NCBI GenBank assembly: GCA_002423245.1
Contig: DIVD01000024.1
Span: 29,718-93,717 of the forward strand
Reading direction: 5' to 3'
From: Rhodobacteraceae bacterium UBA6141
Lineage (GTDB): Bacteria > Pseudomonadota > Alphaproteobacteria > Rhodobacterales > Rhodobacteraceae
Length of the DNA: 64,000 nt
Below the pieces are notes generated by a model that was given only the letters and a program-made list of their open reading frames with translations, had not been told where the DNA came from and did no database searches. Position numbers and translations under genes: made by a program. This document shows, piece after piece, positions 9,602-19,438 of the stretch (position 1 is the first letter of the stretch; each line of letters begins with the position of its first letter).

Positions 9602-10393
9602 ATGCAGGGCAGCGCAAACCTCAACCTGATGATCAAGGCCGCCCGCAAGGCCGGCCGCAGCCTGGTCAAGGACTTCCGCGAGGTCGAGAACCTGCAGGTC
9701 TCGGCCAAGGGGCCGGGCGACTTCGTGACCAGGGCCGACCGCGAGGCGGAGCGGATCATCAAGGAAGAGCTGCGCGGCGCGCGCCCCTCCTATGGCTGGG
9801 TGGGCGAGGAGACCGGCGAGGCGGCGGGCGAGGATCCGACCCGGCGCTGGCTGGTCGATCCGCTGGATGGCACCACCAACTTCCTGCACGGGTTGCCGCA
9901 CTGGTGCATCTCCATCGCGCTGGAGCACAAGGGCGAGATCGTCTCGGCCGTGGTGTTCGACCCGGCCAAGGACGAGATGTTCCGCGCCGAGAAGGGCCAG
10001 GGCGCCTGGATGAACGAAGGGCGGATCCGCGTCTCGGGGCGGCGGAGCATGATCGAGGCGATCTTCGCCACCGGCGTGCCCTTCGGCGGCCGGTCCACCC
10101 TGCCCGCCACGCTGCAGGATCTGGCGCGGCTGATGCCGGTCTGTGCCGGGGTGCGCCGCTGGGGCGCGGCGGCGCTCGACCTCGCCTATGTGGCGGCGGG
10201 GCGCTATGACGGCTATTGGGAGCGCGGGCTGCAGTCGTGGGACATCGCGGCGGGGCTGCTGCTGGTCAGGGAGGCGGGCGGCTTTGTCGGCCCGGTGCGC
10301 GAGGGGGCCGACATGCTGCGATCCGGGTCCATCATTGCCGGCAATGCCGCGCTTTTCGACCCGCTGTGCAGGATCCTGCGCGAGCCGGCCTGA
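9602..10393 (+). CDS. suhB: inositol monophosphatase family protein
   Basis: LNLMIKAARKAGRSLVKDF...VTRADREAERIIKEEL...WLVDPLDGTTNFLHGLPHWCISIALE, the IMPase motifs. Confidence 0.9.
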   Translation: MQGSANLNLMIKAARKAGRSLVKDFREVENLQVSAKGPGDFVTRADREAERIIKEELRGARPSYGWVGEETGEAAGEDPTRRWLVDPLDGTTNFLHGLPHWCISIALEHKGEIVSAVVFDPAKDEMFRAEKGQGAWMNEGRIRVSGRRSMIEAIFATGVPFGGRSTLPATLQDLARLMPVCAGVRRWGAAALDLAYVAAGRYDGYWERGLQSWDIAAGLLLVREAGGFVGPVREGADMLRSGSIIAGNAALFDPLCRILREPA

Positions 10394-10430
10394 TCGCCTG
10401 CCTCGCGGGCGCGAGGGCCGGGTGGCGCGC

Positions 10431-11327
10431 TCAGGCCGCCGATGCCTCGCCGGCTTTCTGATGCGGCAGAAGCGCCGCGTAGGCGCGCGCCCCGGCCTCG
10501 GTGATCACGCCGCGCTGCCAGAGGATCGACAGGCATTTCAGCGTCAGATCCTCGCTGCCGAACACGCTGTCGGCGCAGATGGCAAGATGCTTGAGCTGCT
10601 CGTCGGTATGGAGATCGGAATCGAGCAGGCTGCGTATCAGCACCGCATCGCCGTCGATCACCTGGCTCTGGTAGCGGCGCCAGTTCACGCCGGACATCAG
10701 CGCGGAGTTCACCGCCTTTGCCTTCAGGAACATGAACTTGTGCAGCAGGAAGCCGTAGCTTTCCAGCAGCGCGGCCTGTTGGTGGAAAAGCGGTTGCCCC
10801 TGATAGAGCGGAACGAAGGCCATCTCGGTGATGATCGCGACGGCCGAGGACAGCGTCTCGCGGCCATTTTCGAAGATCATCTTCTCGGCGCCCTGCACGT
10901 CGATCTTCACGAGATCGGGCCGTGGCAGATCGCCGAGGTCGTCAAGCCGCCGGGTGGTCAGGGGGACGGTGCGGTCCACGGCCATCGCCTTGTGCCAGCG
11001 GCCCAGATAGGCCAGCGTGGCCGGGTTCGGGGCCAGCAGCGAGGTGAAGCCGCTGCTTTTGCAGATGTGCAGTTCGGCGGGGGTGCCGTCGCCGATCGCG
11101 TAGGGAAGGTAGTTTTCACTCTCCGCCTTCCTCGCCTGCAACTGCTCGAAGGCATCTTGCTGTGGCTCGAACCCCCAGACCTCGCCGTGGCCCGAGCGCA
11201 GAAGCGCGTCATAGGGGCAGTCGTTGATCGGGTTGGCGCCGATGTCGAGGATGCGCGTGCGCCTCTCGGGCTTCAGCAGGGCCACCAGTCGGTCGAGCCG
11301 CAGGCTCGCAGCAGTCTCGGACGGCAT
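10431..11327 (-). CDS. FkbM-family SAM-dependent methyltransferase
   Basis: ILDIGANPINDCPY...PDLVKIDVQGAEKMIFENG is typical of the FkbM family. Substrate unknown. Confidence 0.7.
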   Translation of the reverse strand: MPSETAASLRLDRLVALLKPERRTRILDIGANPINDCPYDALLRSGHGEVWGFEPQQDAFEQLQARKAESENYLPYAIGDGTPAELHICKSSGFTSLLAPNPATLAYLGRWHKAMAVDRTVPLTTRRLDDLGDLPRPDLVKIDVQGAEKMIFENGRETLSSAVAIITEMAFVPLYQGQPLFHQQAALLESYGFLLHKFMFLKAKAVNSALMSGVNWRRYQSQVIDGDAVLIRSLLDSDLHTDEQLKHLAICADSVFGSEDLTLKCLSILWQRGVITEAGARAYAALLPHQKAGEASAA

Positions 11328-11417
11328 GGCTGGCCTCGTTCGTTGCCGGGTGCGGGCAGAGTATGGGGGCGAAGGCCGGGTCGGCGCAATCGGGGAACGG
11401 GGCCGGCCGGGTGCGGG

Positions 11418-11804
11418 CTACCTGTCCGACGGGTGATTGACCCCGTCGCTCCACTCCACCGCGCCGAGGTCGCGGGGGTTCAGCCCCTCGAGGCAGGCGG
11501 CATTCACCCCCAACTCGTTCGGGTTGGACCGGCGGCGATGGTGGGTGTAGATCCCGCAGACCGAACAGAACCAGTGCTCCGCGGTCCGGGTGCCGAACTG
11601 ATAGAGCGTCAGCCTGTCCGCCCCCTCGACGATCCTCACCCCGTCCAGCGGCGCGGTGACGGCGATGGCGCCCCGCCTGCGGCAGAACGAGCAATCGCAG
11701 CGGCGGGCGGTGCCGAGGCCCCCGGGCGCCAGCGTCACCTCGAAGCGCACGGCGCCGCAATGGCAACTGGCGGGGTGGTTCGGGCGGATCGGGGGCAGGG
11801 TCAT
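11418..11804 (-). CDS. GFA/CENP-V family Cys-rich zinc protein
   Basis: MTLPPIRPNHPASCHCGAVRFEV...CDCSFCRRRGA...WFCSVCGIYTHH carries the GFA-domain Cys pattern. ATG 11804 overlaps the rhomboid stop (ATGA). Confidence 0.8.
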   Translation of the reverse strand: MTLPPIRPNHPASCHCGAVRFEVTLAPGGLGTARRCDCSFCRRRGAIAVTAPLDGVRIVEGADRLTLYQFGTRTAEHWFCSVCGIYTHHRRRSNPNELGVNAACLEGLNPRDLGAVEWSDGVNHPSDR

Positions 11805-12541
11805 CGGCGGCGCCTCACGGTCGGGATGCGGGTCGGGGAATAGGTCAGGCCGGGATGCGGCGGCAGCCCGTGGGTGCGCGACCAGAAGCCGGGGCCCCCG
11901 CGCGCAAGCCACAGCGGCAGCGCCAGCACCAGCCCCGCCACGAAGCCGCCGGCATGAGCCCAGTAGGCGACGCCGCCCGTGGCGGCATCGACGGAGGTGC
12001 CGTTGAACACCTGCAGCACGAACCACAGGCCCAGCATCGCCCAGGCCGGCACGGGCAAGATCCGGAAGAAGATGATGAAGATCACCAGCACGTCGACCCG
12101 CGCGCGCGGGAACATCAGCAGATAGCCGCCCATCACCCCCGCGATGGCGCCCGACGCGCCGACCGTGGGGACGAGGCTGAAGGGATCGGCGATCAGATGC
12201 GCCCCCGCCGCCGCGACGCCGCAGGCAAGGTAGAAGCCGAGGAAGCGGGCATGGCCCATTTCGTCCTCCAGATTGTCGCCGAAGATCCACAGGAACAGCA
12301 TGTTGCCGACCAGATGCAGCAGCCCGCCATGCAGGAACATCGAGGTGACCACACCGTGCCACGCCTGCCCCCGGGTAACGAGGCCGGGGACGAGCGCCCA
12401 GTCGCCCCAGAAGGCCATCAGCGCGCGTTCATCCGCGAAAAGCGGCCAGGAATAGAGGAACACCGCCACATTCGCCGCAATCAGCGCCCATGTGGCATAG
12501 GCCGGATTGCGCGAGGGGTTGTGGTCGCGGATCGGGAACAT
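11801..12541 (-). CDS. rhomboid-family intramembrane serine protease
   Basis: SMFLHGGLLHLVGNMLFLWIFGDNLE...VGASGAIAGVMGGYLLMFP contains the rhomboid HxxxN and GASG catalytic motifs. Confidence 0.88.
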   Translation of the reverse strand: MFPIRDHNPSRNPAYATWALIAANVAVFLYSWPLFADERALMAFWGDWALVPGLVTRGQAWHGVVTSMFLHGGLLHLVGNMLFLWIFGDNLEDEMGHARFLGFYLACGVAAAGAHLIADPFSLVPTVGASGAIAGVMGGYLLMFPRARVDVLVIFIIFFRILPVPAWAMLGLWFVLQVFNGTSVDAATGGVAYWAHAGGFVAGLVLALPLWLARGGPGFWSRTHGLPPHPGLTYSPTRIPTVRRRR

Positions 12542-12710
12542 GCGGCAAGGGTGGCCGCGATGGCGGGCGGCGTCAAGGGTCGGGGACCCTCTGCCAGGTT
12601 CGGCTGACGAGCGTCTGGGCGGCCTGCCACTTCGGCATGATCTTCAAGGCTCCGTCAGCGGGCGCAGCAAGAACGGGCGGGCGCGGCGCGCCGGATGCCC
12701 CGCAGCCGGG

Positions 12711-13484
12711 TCACAGCACCGCCAGATCCGCCAGCAGGCGCGCCAGCCGGTCCGGGTCTGCCAGTTGCGGGAAATGGCCGGTGGGCAGCGGGAAGACCGG
12801 GTCGCAGGGGCTGGCCGCGATCATGTCGCGCTGCAGGGCGGGGGTGATGACGCGGTCCGCCTCGCACAGGATATAGGCGCGGGGGAGGCGGCCGAAATTG
12901 CCGGGCGTGAGGTGGATGCGGTCCGTCTGCGGGCGGTTCGGCTGCGGGCCGAGCGCGGCCGCCAGCGCTGCCTGCGCCTCGGGTGGCGCGTCCTGCGCAA
13001 GAAGGGGCAGGGCGGCTGCCGGATCCAGCGTCGTGGTGCCGGGCCCAGGACCGGGGCGCAGGGCGGGGCGGATCGTGTCCGACTGGCGCTTCATCAGGTC
13101 CAGCGGGCTCTCGCCGTCTTGCGGCAGGAAGGCCGCGACATAGACCAGCCGGGTGATGCGATCGGGCGCGAGTTCCGCCGCGGCCGAGATCGCCATGCCG
13201 CCCATCGAATGGCCGACAAGCAGGGCGGGCGGGCCGGCACGCAGCAGTTCGGCCAGCCGGGCGGCGTACTGCGCGAGGGTGACGGTGGCGGGATCGGCCG
13301 GGTCCGCGCCATGCCCCGGAAGGTCGGGCGCGATGACCTCGTGCCCCAGGGCGGCAAGCCGGGCAGGAACCTCGCCCCAGGTGCTGGCGCGGCCCCATGC
13401 GCCGTGGACGAGCACGATGCGCGCGGGATCGCGCGCGGGGTCAGGCAGGGGGTCAGGCAGGGGATCAGGCATGGGATCAGGCAT
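12711..13484 (-). CDS. alpha/beta hydrolase
   Basis: IVLVHGAWGRASTW...APDLPGHG...LVGHSMGGMAI (GxSxG). ATG 13484 is preceded by GAAGGGAG. The N-terminus MPDPMPDPLPDPLPDP is encoded by a 12-bp repeat. Confidence 0.8.
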   Translation of the reverse strand: MPDPMPDPLPDPLPDPARDPARIVLVHGAWGRASTWGEVPARLAALGHEVIAPDLPGHGADPADPATVTLAQYAARLAELLRAGPPALLVGHSMGGMAISAAAELAPDRITRLVYVAAFLPQDGESPLDLMKRQSDTIRPALRPGPGPGTTTLDPAAALPLLAQDAPPEAQAALAAALGPQPNRPQTDRIHLTPGNFGRLPRAYILCEADRVITPALQRDMIAASPCDPVFPLPTGHFPQLADPDRLARLLADLAVL

Positions 13485-13488
13485 GGGC
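13441..13488. repeat. 4 x 12-bp tandem repeat encoding (PDP[LM])4
   Basis: tcaggcaggggg / tcaggcagggga / tcaggcatggga / tcaggcatgggc. The last two units each contain an in-frame ATG on the minus strand. Confidence 0.9.
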
Positions 13489-13603
13489 GCTCCCTTCGGC
13501 GGCGGCAGGGCGGCTCCCATGCCGCTGAATGTTGCAAAATGGCAAGGCGGGAGCCTTTTGCAGGCGATTGTTCCTGCCGGAATGCAGCAAGAATCGCTTT
13601 TCG

Positions 13604-14587
13604 TCAATCACCGGTGCCGAACCTTTCCAGCGCGGTGCAGAAGACCGCGCCGTCCACATTGCCGCCCGAGGCCGTGCAGATCACCGCCTCGCCCTCGATC
13701 TCGTCGCCGCGGAACAGCACCGCCGCCAGCGCCACCGCGCCTCCCGGCTCCAGCACGATCTTCAGCCGCGTGAAGGCCACGGCCATCGCCCGCAGCGCCT
13801 CGTCATCGCTGACCACCAGACCGGGGCCGCAGAGCCGTTGCAGGATCGGGAAGGTCAGCGCGCCCGGCTCGGGCGTGATGATGGCGTCGCAGATCGAGCC
13901 GGAGAGCGCGGCATTGCGCCGGCGCTCTCCGGCGGCGAGCGAGCGGGCGGTGTCGTCGAAGCCCGCGGGCTCTGCCGGGCGCACCCTGAGCCCCGGCGCC
14001 CGCGCCTCCAGCGCCAGCGCGATGCCGGCGGTCAGCCCGCCGCCGCCGCAGCACGTCACCACATCGGCGCGGGTCACGCCCGCCTCCAGCGCCTGTCTGG
14101 CGATCTCCAGCCCGCAGGTGCCTTGCCCGGCGATCACCTCGGCGTCGTCGAAGGGACGCACCAGCGTCAGCCCCCGCTCTGCCGCGAGGGCCGCGGCGAC
14201 GGCGTCGCGGTCCCCGGTGGCGCGGTCATAAAGCACCACCTCGGCGCCAAGCGCGCGGGTGTTGTCGAGCTTCAGCCGCGGCGCGTCGGCGGGCATCACG
14301 ATCACCGCGGGCGCCCCGAAGGCGCGCGCGGCCGCCGCCACACCCTGCGCATGGTTGCCCGAGGAACAGGCGATCACCCCGCGCGCCCGCGCCTCGGCCG
14401 GCAGCGCCGACAGCGCCGCCCAGGCGCCGCGCGCCTTGAACGACCCGGTGTGTTGCAGGCATTCGGCCTTCACCAGCACCCGCCGCCCCGCCAGCGCATC
14501 GACGAAGGGCGAGGACAGCAGCGGCGTGCAGCGGACATGCCCCGCCATCCGCGCGGCGGCCGCCTCGATGCGGGCGATGTCGGTCAT
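13604..14587 (-). CDS. PLP-dependent threonine/serine dehydratase (serine racemase-like)
   Basis: VKAECLQHTGSFKARGAW (PLP-Lys), ACSSGNHAQGVAAAA and GGGGLTAGIA are fold-type II dehydratase motifs. No ACT regulatory domain. Confidence 0.85.
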   Translation of the reverse strand: MTDIARIEAAAARMAGHVRCTPLLSSPFVDALAGRRVLVKAECLQHTGSFKARGAWAALSALPAEARARGVIACSSGNHAQGVAAAARAFGAPAVIVMPADAPRLKLDNTRALGAEVVLYDRATGDRDAVAAALAAERGLTLVRPFDDAEVIAGQGTCGLEIARQALEAGVTRADVVTCCGGGGLTAGIALALEARAPGLRVRPAEPAGFDDTARSLAAGERRRNAALSGSICDAIITPEPGALTFPILQRLCGPGLVVSDDEALRAMAVAFTRLKIVLEPGGAVALAAVLFRGDEIEGEAVICTASGGNVDGAVFCTALERFGTGD

Positions 14588-14591
14588 GGGC

Positions 14592-15437
14592 CTAGCCTTC
14601 CAGCCGATCCAGGAACGCGCCGATCAGCGCCAGCGATTCGGGCTCGTCGAGGAACGGCACATGGCCGCGGTCCGGCACCTCGGCGACCAGCGCATCGGGG
14701 CGCCGGCGGCGCATCTCGGCCAGCGTTTCGGGCGACAGGATGTCGGAGTTCGCGCCGCGGATCACCGCCAGCGGCAGGCCGTCCAGCGCATCGAAGACCT
14801 GCCACATGTCGGGGGTCGCGCCGGCCGCGGGCTGCGCCAGCATCGCCGTGTGCAGCGCCGGGTCATAGCGCAGGCGCAGGCCGCCCTCGGGCCGCTCTTC
14901 GTACCAATGCGCGACCTGGCGGCGCCAGACCGCCAGCGGCACCCCCGGAAACTCGCGCGCCAGGTTCCGCTGCGTCGCCTCGGCCACCGCGTCCAGCGTC
15001 GGCTGCGGCGGCACCTTGCCGACATAGTCCATGATCCGCGCCATCCCCGCCGCGTCGACCACGGGCCCGATATCGTTGAGGATCACCCCCGACAGCCGCG
15101 CCCGGAACCCCGCCGCCATCACCATCGCGATCAGCCCCCCGCGCGAGGTGCCGAGGATCGCCACCCGCGCAAGCCCCAGATGGTCCAGCAGTTCCACCAC
15201 GTCCTGCGCCTCGCGCAGCAGGTTGTAGTTGTTGAAATCGGGGTCGTGATCCGAAAGCCCGCGCCCGCGATAGTCCATGCGGATCAACCGGCAGCGGCCC
15301 GCCAGCGGCTCCAGCAGCGTGTCGAAATCGTCCATGTTGCGGGTCAGCCCGGCAAGACACAGCAGCGGTGTGCCCGTGCCACGGTCGTCATAGGCAAGGC
15401 GAAGGCCGTCGGTGGTGGTGAACTTGGCAAGGGTCAT
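14592..15437 (-). CDS. alpha/beta hydrolase
   Basis: MTLAKFTTTDGLRLAYDDRGTGTPLLCLAGLTRN...ILGTSRGGLIAM...DRGHVPFLDEP. ATG 15437 chosen; the track ORF extends to 15662. Confidence 0.8.
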   Translation of the reverse strand: MTLAKFTTTDGLRLAYDDRGTGTPLLCLAGLTRNMDDFDTLLEPLAGRCRLIRMDYRGRGLSDHDPDFNNYNLLREAQDVVELLDHLGLARVAILGTSRGGLIAMVMAAGFRARLSGVILNDIGPVVDAAGMARIMDYVGKVPPQPTLDAVAEATQRNLAREFPGVPLAVWRRQVAHWYEERPEGGLRLRYDPALHTAMLAQPAAGATPDMWQVFDALDGLPLAVIRGANSDILSPETLAEMRRRRPDALVAEVPDRGHVPFLDEPESLALIGAFLDRLEG

Positions 15438-15627
15438 GGCGTCTCCAGCAAGGCGGGCGGGACGGCCCGGGCCAGTCCCCCGGGCGGCGAAGCTGCCCTC
15501 CGGCGCGCAGACTGGCACAGAGCCGCGCGCCGCGAAAGGGGCCGGGCGCGGCGAAAGGGGGCGGTTCGCGCTTGGCGCGGCGCGCGCGGCCCTAGCATCG
15601 GCGCATCCGCAACCGGGAGCCACGCCG

Positions 15628-16215
15628 ATGAACACCGATCCTGACCAGTTGCGCGCCCGCATCGCCGAATTGCGGCAGGCGCTGGAGGCCGGGGTCGAGG
15701 AGCGCCGGCAGATCTGGCGCTACCGGATCGACCGGGGACGCGCGGTGTTCGAGGCCGAGGCGCAGCAGCAGCACCGCGAACTGCGCGAGGGGCTGGCGAG
15801 CTACATCGCCCGCGCGCGGCTGTCGGTGGTGGTGACGGCGCCGTTCATCTATGCGCTGATCGTGCCCTTCGCCCTGCTGGACCTGTTCGTGACCGTCTAT
15901 CAGGCGGTGTGCTTTCCGGTCTATGGCATCGCCAGGGTGCGCCGCGCCGATCACATCATCATCGACCGGCACATGCTGGGCTACCTCAACGGGCTGCAGA
16001 AGCTGAACTGCGTCTATTGCGGCTATGCCAACGGGCTGATCTCCTATGTGCGGGAGATCGCGGGCCGGACCGAGGCCTACTGGTGCCCGATCAAGCATCT
16101 GCGCAGCGCGACCGAGCCGCATCCGCATTACGACGGGTTCTGCGATTTCGGCGATGCCGCGGGCTTTCGCGCGCGGGTTGACGGGCGCGACGCGCGGCCG
16201 CGCCGGGAGGTCTAG
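15628..16215 (+). CDS. hypothetical membrane protein with Cys-rich C-terminal domain
   Basis: ATG 15628 with GGGAG 8 nt upstream. N-terminal helical region, one hydrophobic hairpin (LSVVVTAPFIYALIVPFALLDLFVTVYQAVCFPVY), then NCVYCGYANG...YWCPIKH...DGFCDF. No family name recalled. Confidence 0.6.
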   Translation: MNTDPDQLRARIAELRQALEAGVEERRQIWRYRIDRGRAVFEAEAQQQHRELREGLASYIARARLSVVVTAPFIYALIVPFALLDLFVTVYQAVCFPVYGIARVRRADHIIIDRHMLGYLNGLQKLNCVYCGYANGLISYVREIAGRTEAYWCPIKHLRSATEPHPHYDGFCDFGDAAGFRARVDGRDARPRREV

Positions 16216-16224
16216 GCGCCCGGC

Positions 16225-17013
16225 CTACAGGTTCTCGGGCTGCGGCATCCCCAGCACATGAAAGCCGCAGTCCACGATCACGATCTCGCCCGTGGTGCAG
16301 GCGCCGTAGTCGGAGGCGAGGTAGACCGCCGTGCCGCCGATCGACTCCAGCGTCGCATTGGCGCGCAGCGGAGAGTTCGCCTCGGTATGGCGGAAGGTCT
16401 TGCGCGCGCCGCCGATGGCCGCGCCCGCCAGCGTCTTCATCGGGCCGGGGCTGATCGCGTTGACGCGGATGCCGTCGGGGCCAAGGTCGTTGGCAAGGTA
16501 GCGCACCGCGGATTCCAGTGCCGCCTTGGCCACGCCCATCACGTTGTAGAACGGCGTCACCCGGTTCGATCCCTGGTAGGTCAGCGTCAGCAGCGTACCG
16601 CCATCGGGCATGATCTGTGCCGCCCTGCGCGCCACGTCGATGAACGAAAAGCACGAGATCGACAGTGAATTGCGGAAATTCTCGCGCGTGGTGTTGATGA
16701 AGCGGCCGGCCAGTTCGGTCTTGTCGGAATAGGCGATGGCGTGGACGAGGAAGTCGATCTTGCCCCATTCCGCCTTCAGCCGGGCGAAGGCGGCGTCGAG
16801 ACTCTCGTCGTTCATCACATCGACATCGACCAGCAGCGAGGCGCCGAGCGAGGCCGCCAGCGGCTCCACCCGCTTGCCGAACGCCTCGCCCTGATACGCA
16901 AAGGCCAGTTCCGCGCCCTCGGCGGCCAGCGCCCGCGCGATGCCCCAGGCGATGGAACGGTCGTTGGCGACCCCCATCACCAGCCCGCGCTTGCCCGTCA
17001 TCAGATCGGCCAT
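16225..17013 (-). CDS. fabI: enoyl-ACP reductase (NADH)
   Basis: GKRGLVMGVANDRSIAWGIARAL...YNVMGVAKAALES...ISPGPMKTLAG are FabI signatures. Confidence 0.92.
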   Translation of the reverse strand: MADLMTGKRGLVMGVANDRSIAWGIARALAAEGAELAFAYQGEAFGKRVEPLAASLGASLLVDVDVMNDESLDAAFARLKAEWGKIDFLVHAIAYSDKTELAGRFINTTRENFRNSLSISCFSFIDVARRAAQIMPDGGTLLTLTYQGSNRVTPFYNVMGVAKAALESAVRYLANDLGPDGIRVNAISPGPMKTLAGAAIGGARKTFRHTEANSPLRANATLESIGGTAVYLASDYGACTTGEIVIVDCGFHVLGMPQPENL

Positions 17014-17019
17014 GTCAGT

Positions 17020-18249
17020 TCACCCCAGATACTTGGACAGCAGCATAGAGCCATTGGTGCCACCAAAGCCGAAGCTGTTGGTCATCACCGTATCCAGCCC
17101 CGCGCCGTCGATCCGGGTGGTGGCAATCTCGCCCGGATCGATCGCCGGATCGAGCCTGGCCACGTTGATCGAGGGTGCGATGAAGTCGTGTCGCAGCATC
17201 AAGATGCAGTAGATCGCCTCCTGCGCGCCGGTGGCACCCTGGCTGTGGCCGGTCATCGACTTGGTGGAACTGATCGGCGGCGTGCTGCCGCGCCCGAACA
17301 CCCGGCGCACGGCCTCCACCTCGCCGACATCGCCGACCGGGGTCGATGTGCCATGCGCGTTGATGTAGCCGACCTTGCGATCGGGGCCGAGCGATTGCAG
17401 CGCCAGCCGCATCGCCCGCTCGCCGCCCTCGCCCGAGGGGGCAACCATGTCATGCCCGTCCGAGGTGGCGGCATAGCCGGTGATCTCGGCATGGATCCGC
17501 GCGCCGCGCGCCTTCGCGTGTTCCAGTTCCTCGAGCACGAGGATGCCGCCGCCGCCGGCGATCACGAAGCCGTCGCGCCCCGCATCGAAGGCGCGCGAGG
17601 CCTCGGACGGGCGGTCGTTGTACTTGGACGACATCGCCCCCATCGCGTCAAAGAGGCAGGACAACGTCCAGTCCAGTTCCTCGGCGCCGCCGGCGAACAT
17701 CACGTCCTGCTTGCCCATCATGATCTGCTCGGCGGCGTTGCCGATGCAATGCAGCGAGGTGGTGCAGGCCGAGGTGATGGAATAGCTGATGCCCTTGATC
17801 CTGAACGCGGTCGAGAGATTGGCCGAGATCGTCGAGGACATGCATTTGGGCACGGCGAAGGGCCCGATCCGCTTGGGCGCGCCCTGGGTCAGCACGATCT
17901 GATGCGCGGCGAACATGGATGAGGTGGAGGGCCCGCCCGACCCGGCGACAAGGCCGGTGCGGGGGTTCGACACCTCCGCCTCGGTCAGGCCCGCATCGGC
18001 GATGGCCTGGCTCATCGCGATATGGGCATAGGCCGCGCCCGGCCCCATGAAGCGCAGCGCGCGCTTGTCGACATGGGCGGTGATGTCGATATCGACCGCG
18101 CCCGCGACCTGGCTGCGAAAGCCGCGCTCCGCCATGTCGGCATTGGTGGTAATGCCCGACCGGCCCGCCCTCAGCGAGGCCAGAACCTCATCCGTGCTGT
18201 TGCCGATGGATGAAACGATGCCGAGGCCAGTAACGACGACGCGGCGCAT
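17020..18249 (-). CDS. fabB: beta-ketoacyl-ACP synthase I
   Basis: MRRVVVTGLGIVSSIGN...SITSACTTSLHCIG...NAHGTSTPVGD...NSFGFGGTNGS. KAS I is assigned from its position downstream of fabA. Confidence 0.9.
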   Translation of the reverse strand: MRRVVVTGLGIVSSIGNSTDEVLASLRAGRSGITTNADMAERGFRSQVAGAVDIDITAHVDKRALRFMGPGAAYAHIAMSQAIADAGLTEAEVSNPRTGLVAGSGGPSTSSMFAAHQIVLTQGAPKRIGPFAVPKCMSSTISANLSTAFRIKGISYSITSACTTSLHCIGNAAEQIMMGKQDVMFAGGAEELDWTLSCLFDAMGAMSSKYNDRPSEASRAFDAGRDGFVIAGGGGILVLEELEHAKARGARIHAEITGYAATSDGHDMVAPSGEGGERAMRLALQSLGPDRKVGYINAHGTSTPVGDVGEVEAVRRVFGRGSTPPISSTKSMTGHSQGATGAQEAIYCILMLRHDFIAPSINVARLDPAIDPGEIATTRIDGAGLDTVMTNSFGFGGTNGSMLLSKYLG

Positions 18250-18275
18250 GGGCGGCTCTCCTGAAAAGCTGGGGA

Positions 18276-18788
18276 TCAGGCTGCCGGGGCAGCCAGACCG
18301 ACCCTCATGTCCTTGACCTGATAGATGACCTCGCCATCGGCCTCGACCCGGCCATCGGCGACGCCCATCTTCAGCCGCCGGTCGATGAGGCGGGTGAAAT
18401 CCACGTGATAGGTGATCATCGTGCGGGCGGGGGTGACCATGCCGGTCAGCTTCACCTCACCGGCGCCAAGCGCAAAGCCCTGGCCCTGCCAGCCGCGCCA
18501 GCCAAGGTTGAAGCCGGTCAGTTGCCACAGCCCGTCAAGGCCAAGACAGCCGGGCATCACCGGGTTGCCGGGGAAGTGGCACTTGAAGAACCACAGGTCG
18601 GGGGTGATGTCGAATTCGGCGACCACATGGCCCTTGCCATGCGCGCCGCCATCTGCGGAAATGTCGGTGATGCGGTCCATCATCAGCATCGGCGGTTCGG
18701 GCAGCTGCGCATTGCCGGGGCCGAAAAGTTCCCCCCGCGCGCATTTCAGCAGCGCCTCCCTGTCGAAGCTTGTCGGATAACCCGCCAT
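18276..18788 (-). CDS. fabA: 3-hydroxydecanoyl-ACP dehydratase/isomerase
   Basis: [16 protein letters not shown]...[25 protein letters not shown] is the FabA active-site region. ATG 18788. Confidence 0.9.
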   Translation of the reverse strand: MAGYPTSFDREALLKCARGELFGPGNAQLPEPPMLMMDRITDISADGGAHGKGHVVAEFDITPDLWFFKCHFPGNPVMPGCLGLDGLWQLTGFNLGWRGWQGQGFALGAGEVKLTGMVTPARTMITYHVDFTRLIDRRLKMGVADGRVEADGEVIYQVKDMRVGLAAPAA

Positions 18789-18988
18789 GCCGGCCCGTCC
18801 CCCCGTGCAGAACACTCTCTCATACCGGCTTCCCTCTAGCATCCGCATCGGAGGGGGCGCAATAGCCGCGCGGGCCCCGGTTTTCGGGGCGCATCGGAGG
18901 CGCGCGGCGTGCGACTTTGGCGGATAGGGTTTGAAATCGCGGCGGCTCCGCCCTTATATGAAACTTCAGCAAAGGGGATGTTGCGCAG

Positions 18989-19405
18989 ATGACGGCCGAA
19001 CCCGAAACCACCGGGACCAGATGGCTGGCGAAGGCCGGTCTGCGCCCGACGCGGCAGCGTGTCGCGCTCGCCGCCCTGCTGGTCGGCGATGGCGAGAACC
19101 GGCACGTCACGGCCGAAAGCCTCTATGCCGCGGCGCGTGCCTCGGGCGAGGGCGTGTCTCTGGCGACGGTGTACAACACCCTGCGCGCCTTCTGCGAGGC
19201 GGGGCTGATGCAGGAAATCACCGTCGATGGCGCCCGGTCCTGTTTCGACACGCGGATGGACGATCACCCGCATTTCTTCTGGGAGGACAGCTCGGAACTG
19301 ACCGACGCCCCCGCGGAAGAGCTGGAAATCACCCGCCTGCCGGCCGCCCCCGCAGGCGCCGAGATCGTGCGTGTCGATGTGGTGATCCGCCTGCGCCGGG
19401 CCTGA
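18989..19405 (+). CDS. irr: Fur-family iron response regulator
   Basis: GLRPTRQRVALAALL...HVTAESLY...SLATVYNTLRAFCEAGL...HPHFF. The protein is Fur-like, and it sits divergent from fabA as irr does in many alphaproteobacteria. Confidence 0.8.
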   Translation: MTAEPETTGTRWLAKAGLRPTRQRVALAALLVGDGENRHVTAESLYAAARASGEGVSLATVYNTLRAFCEAGLMQEITVDGARSCFDTRMDDHPHFFWEDSSELTDAPAEELEITRLPAAPAGAEIVRVDVVIRLRRA

Positions 19406-19438
19406 CCCGGCGACCGGCCGGACCCCGCCGCCCGCTCC

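Noticed and set aside
18849-18988. Searched the fabA-irr spacer for an Irr/ICE box (TTTAGAA-N3-TTCTAAA type) or a Fur box.
   Set aside because: No convincing match was found by eye.
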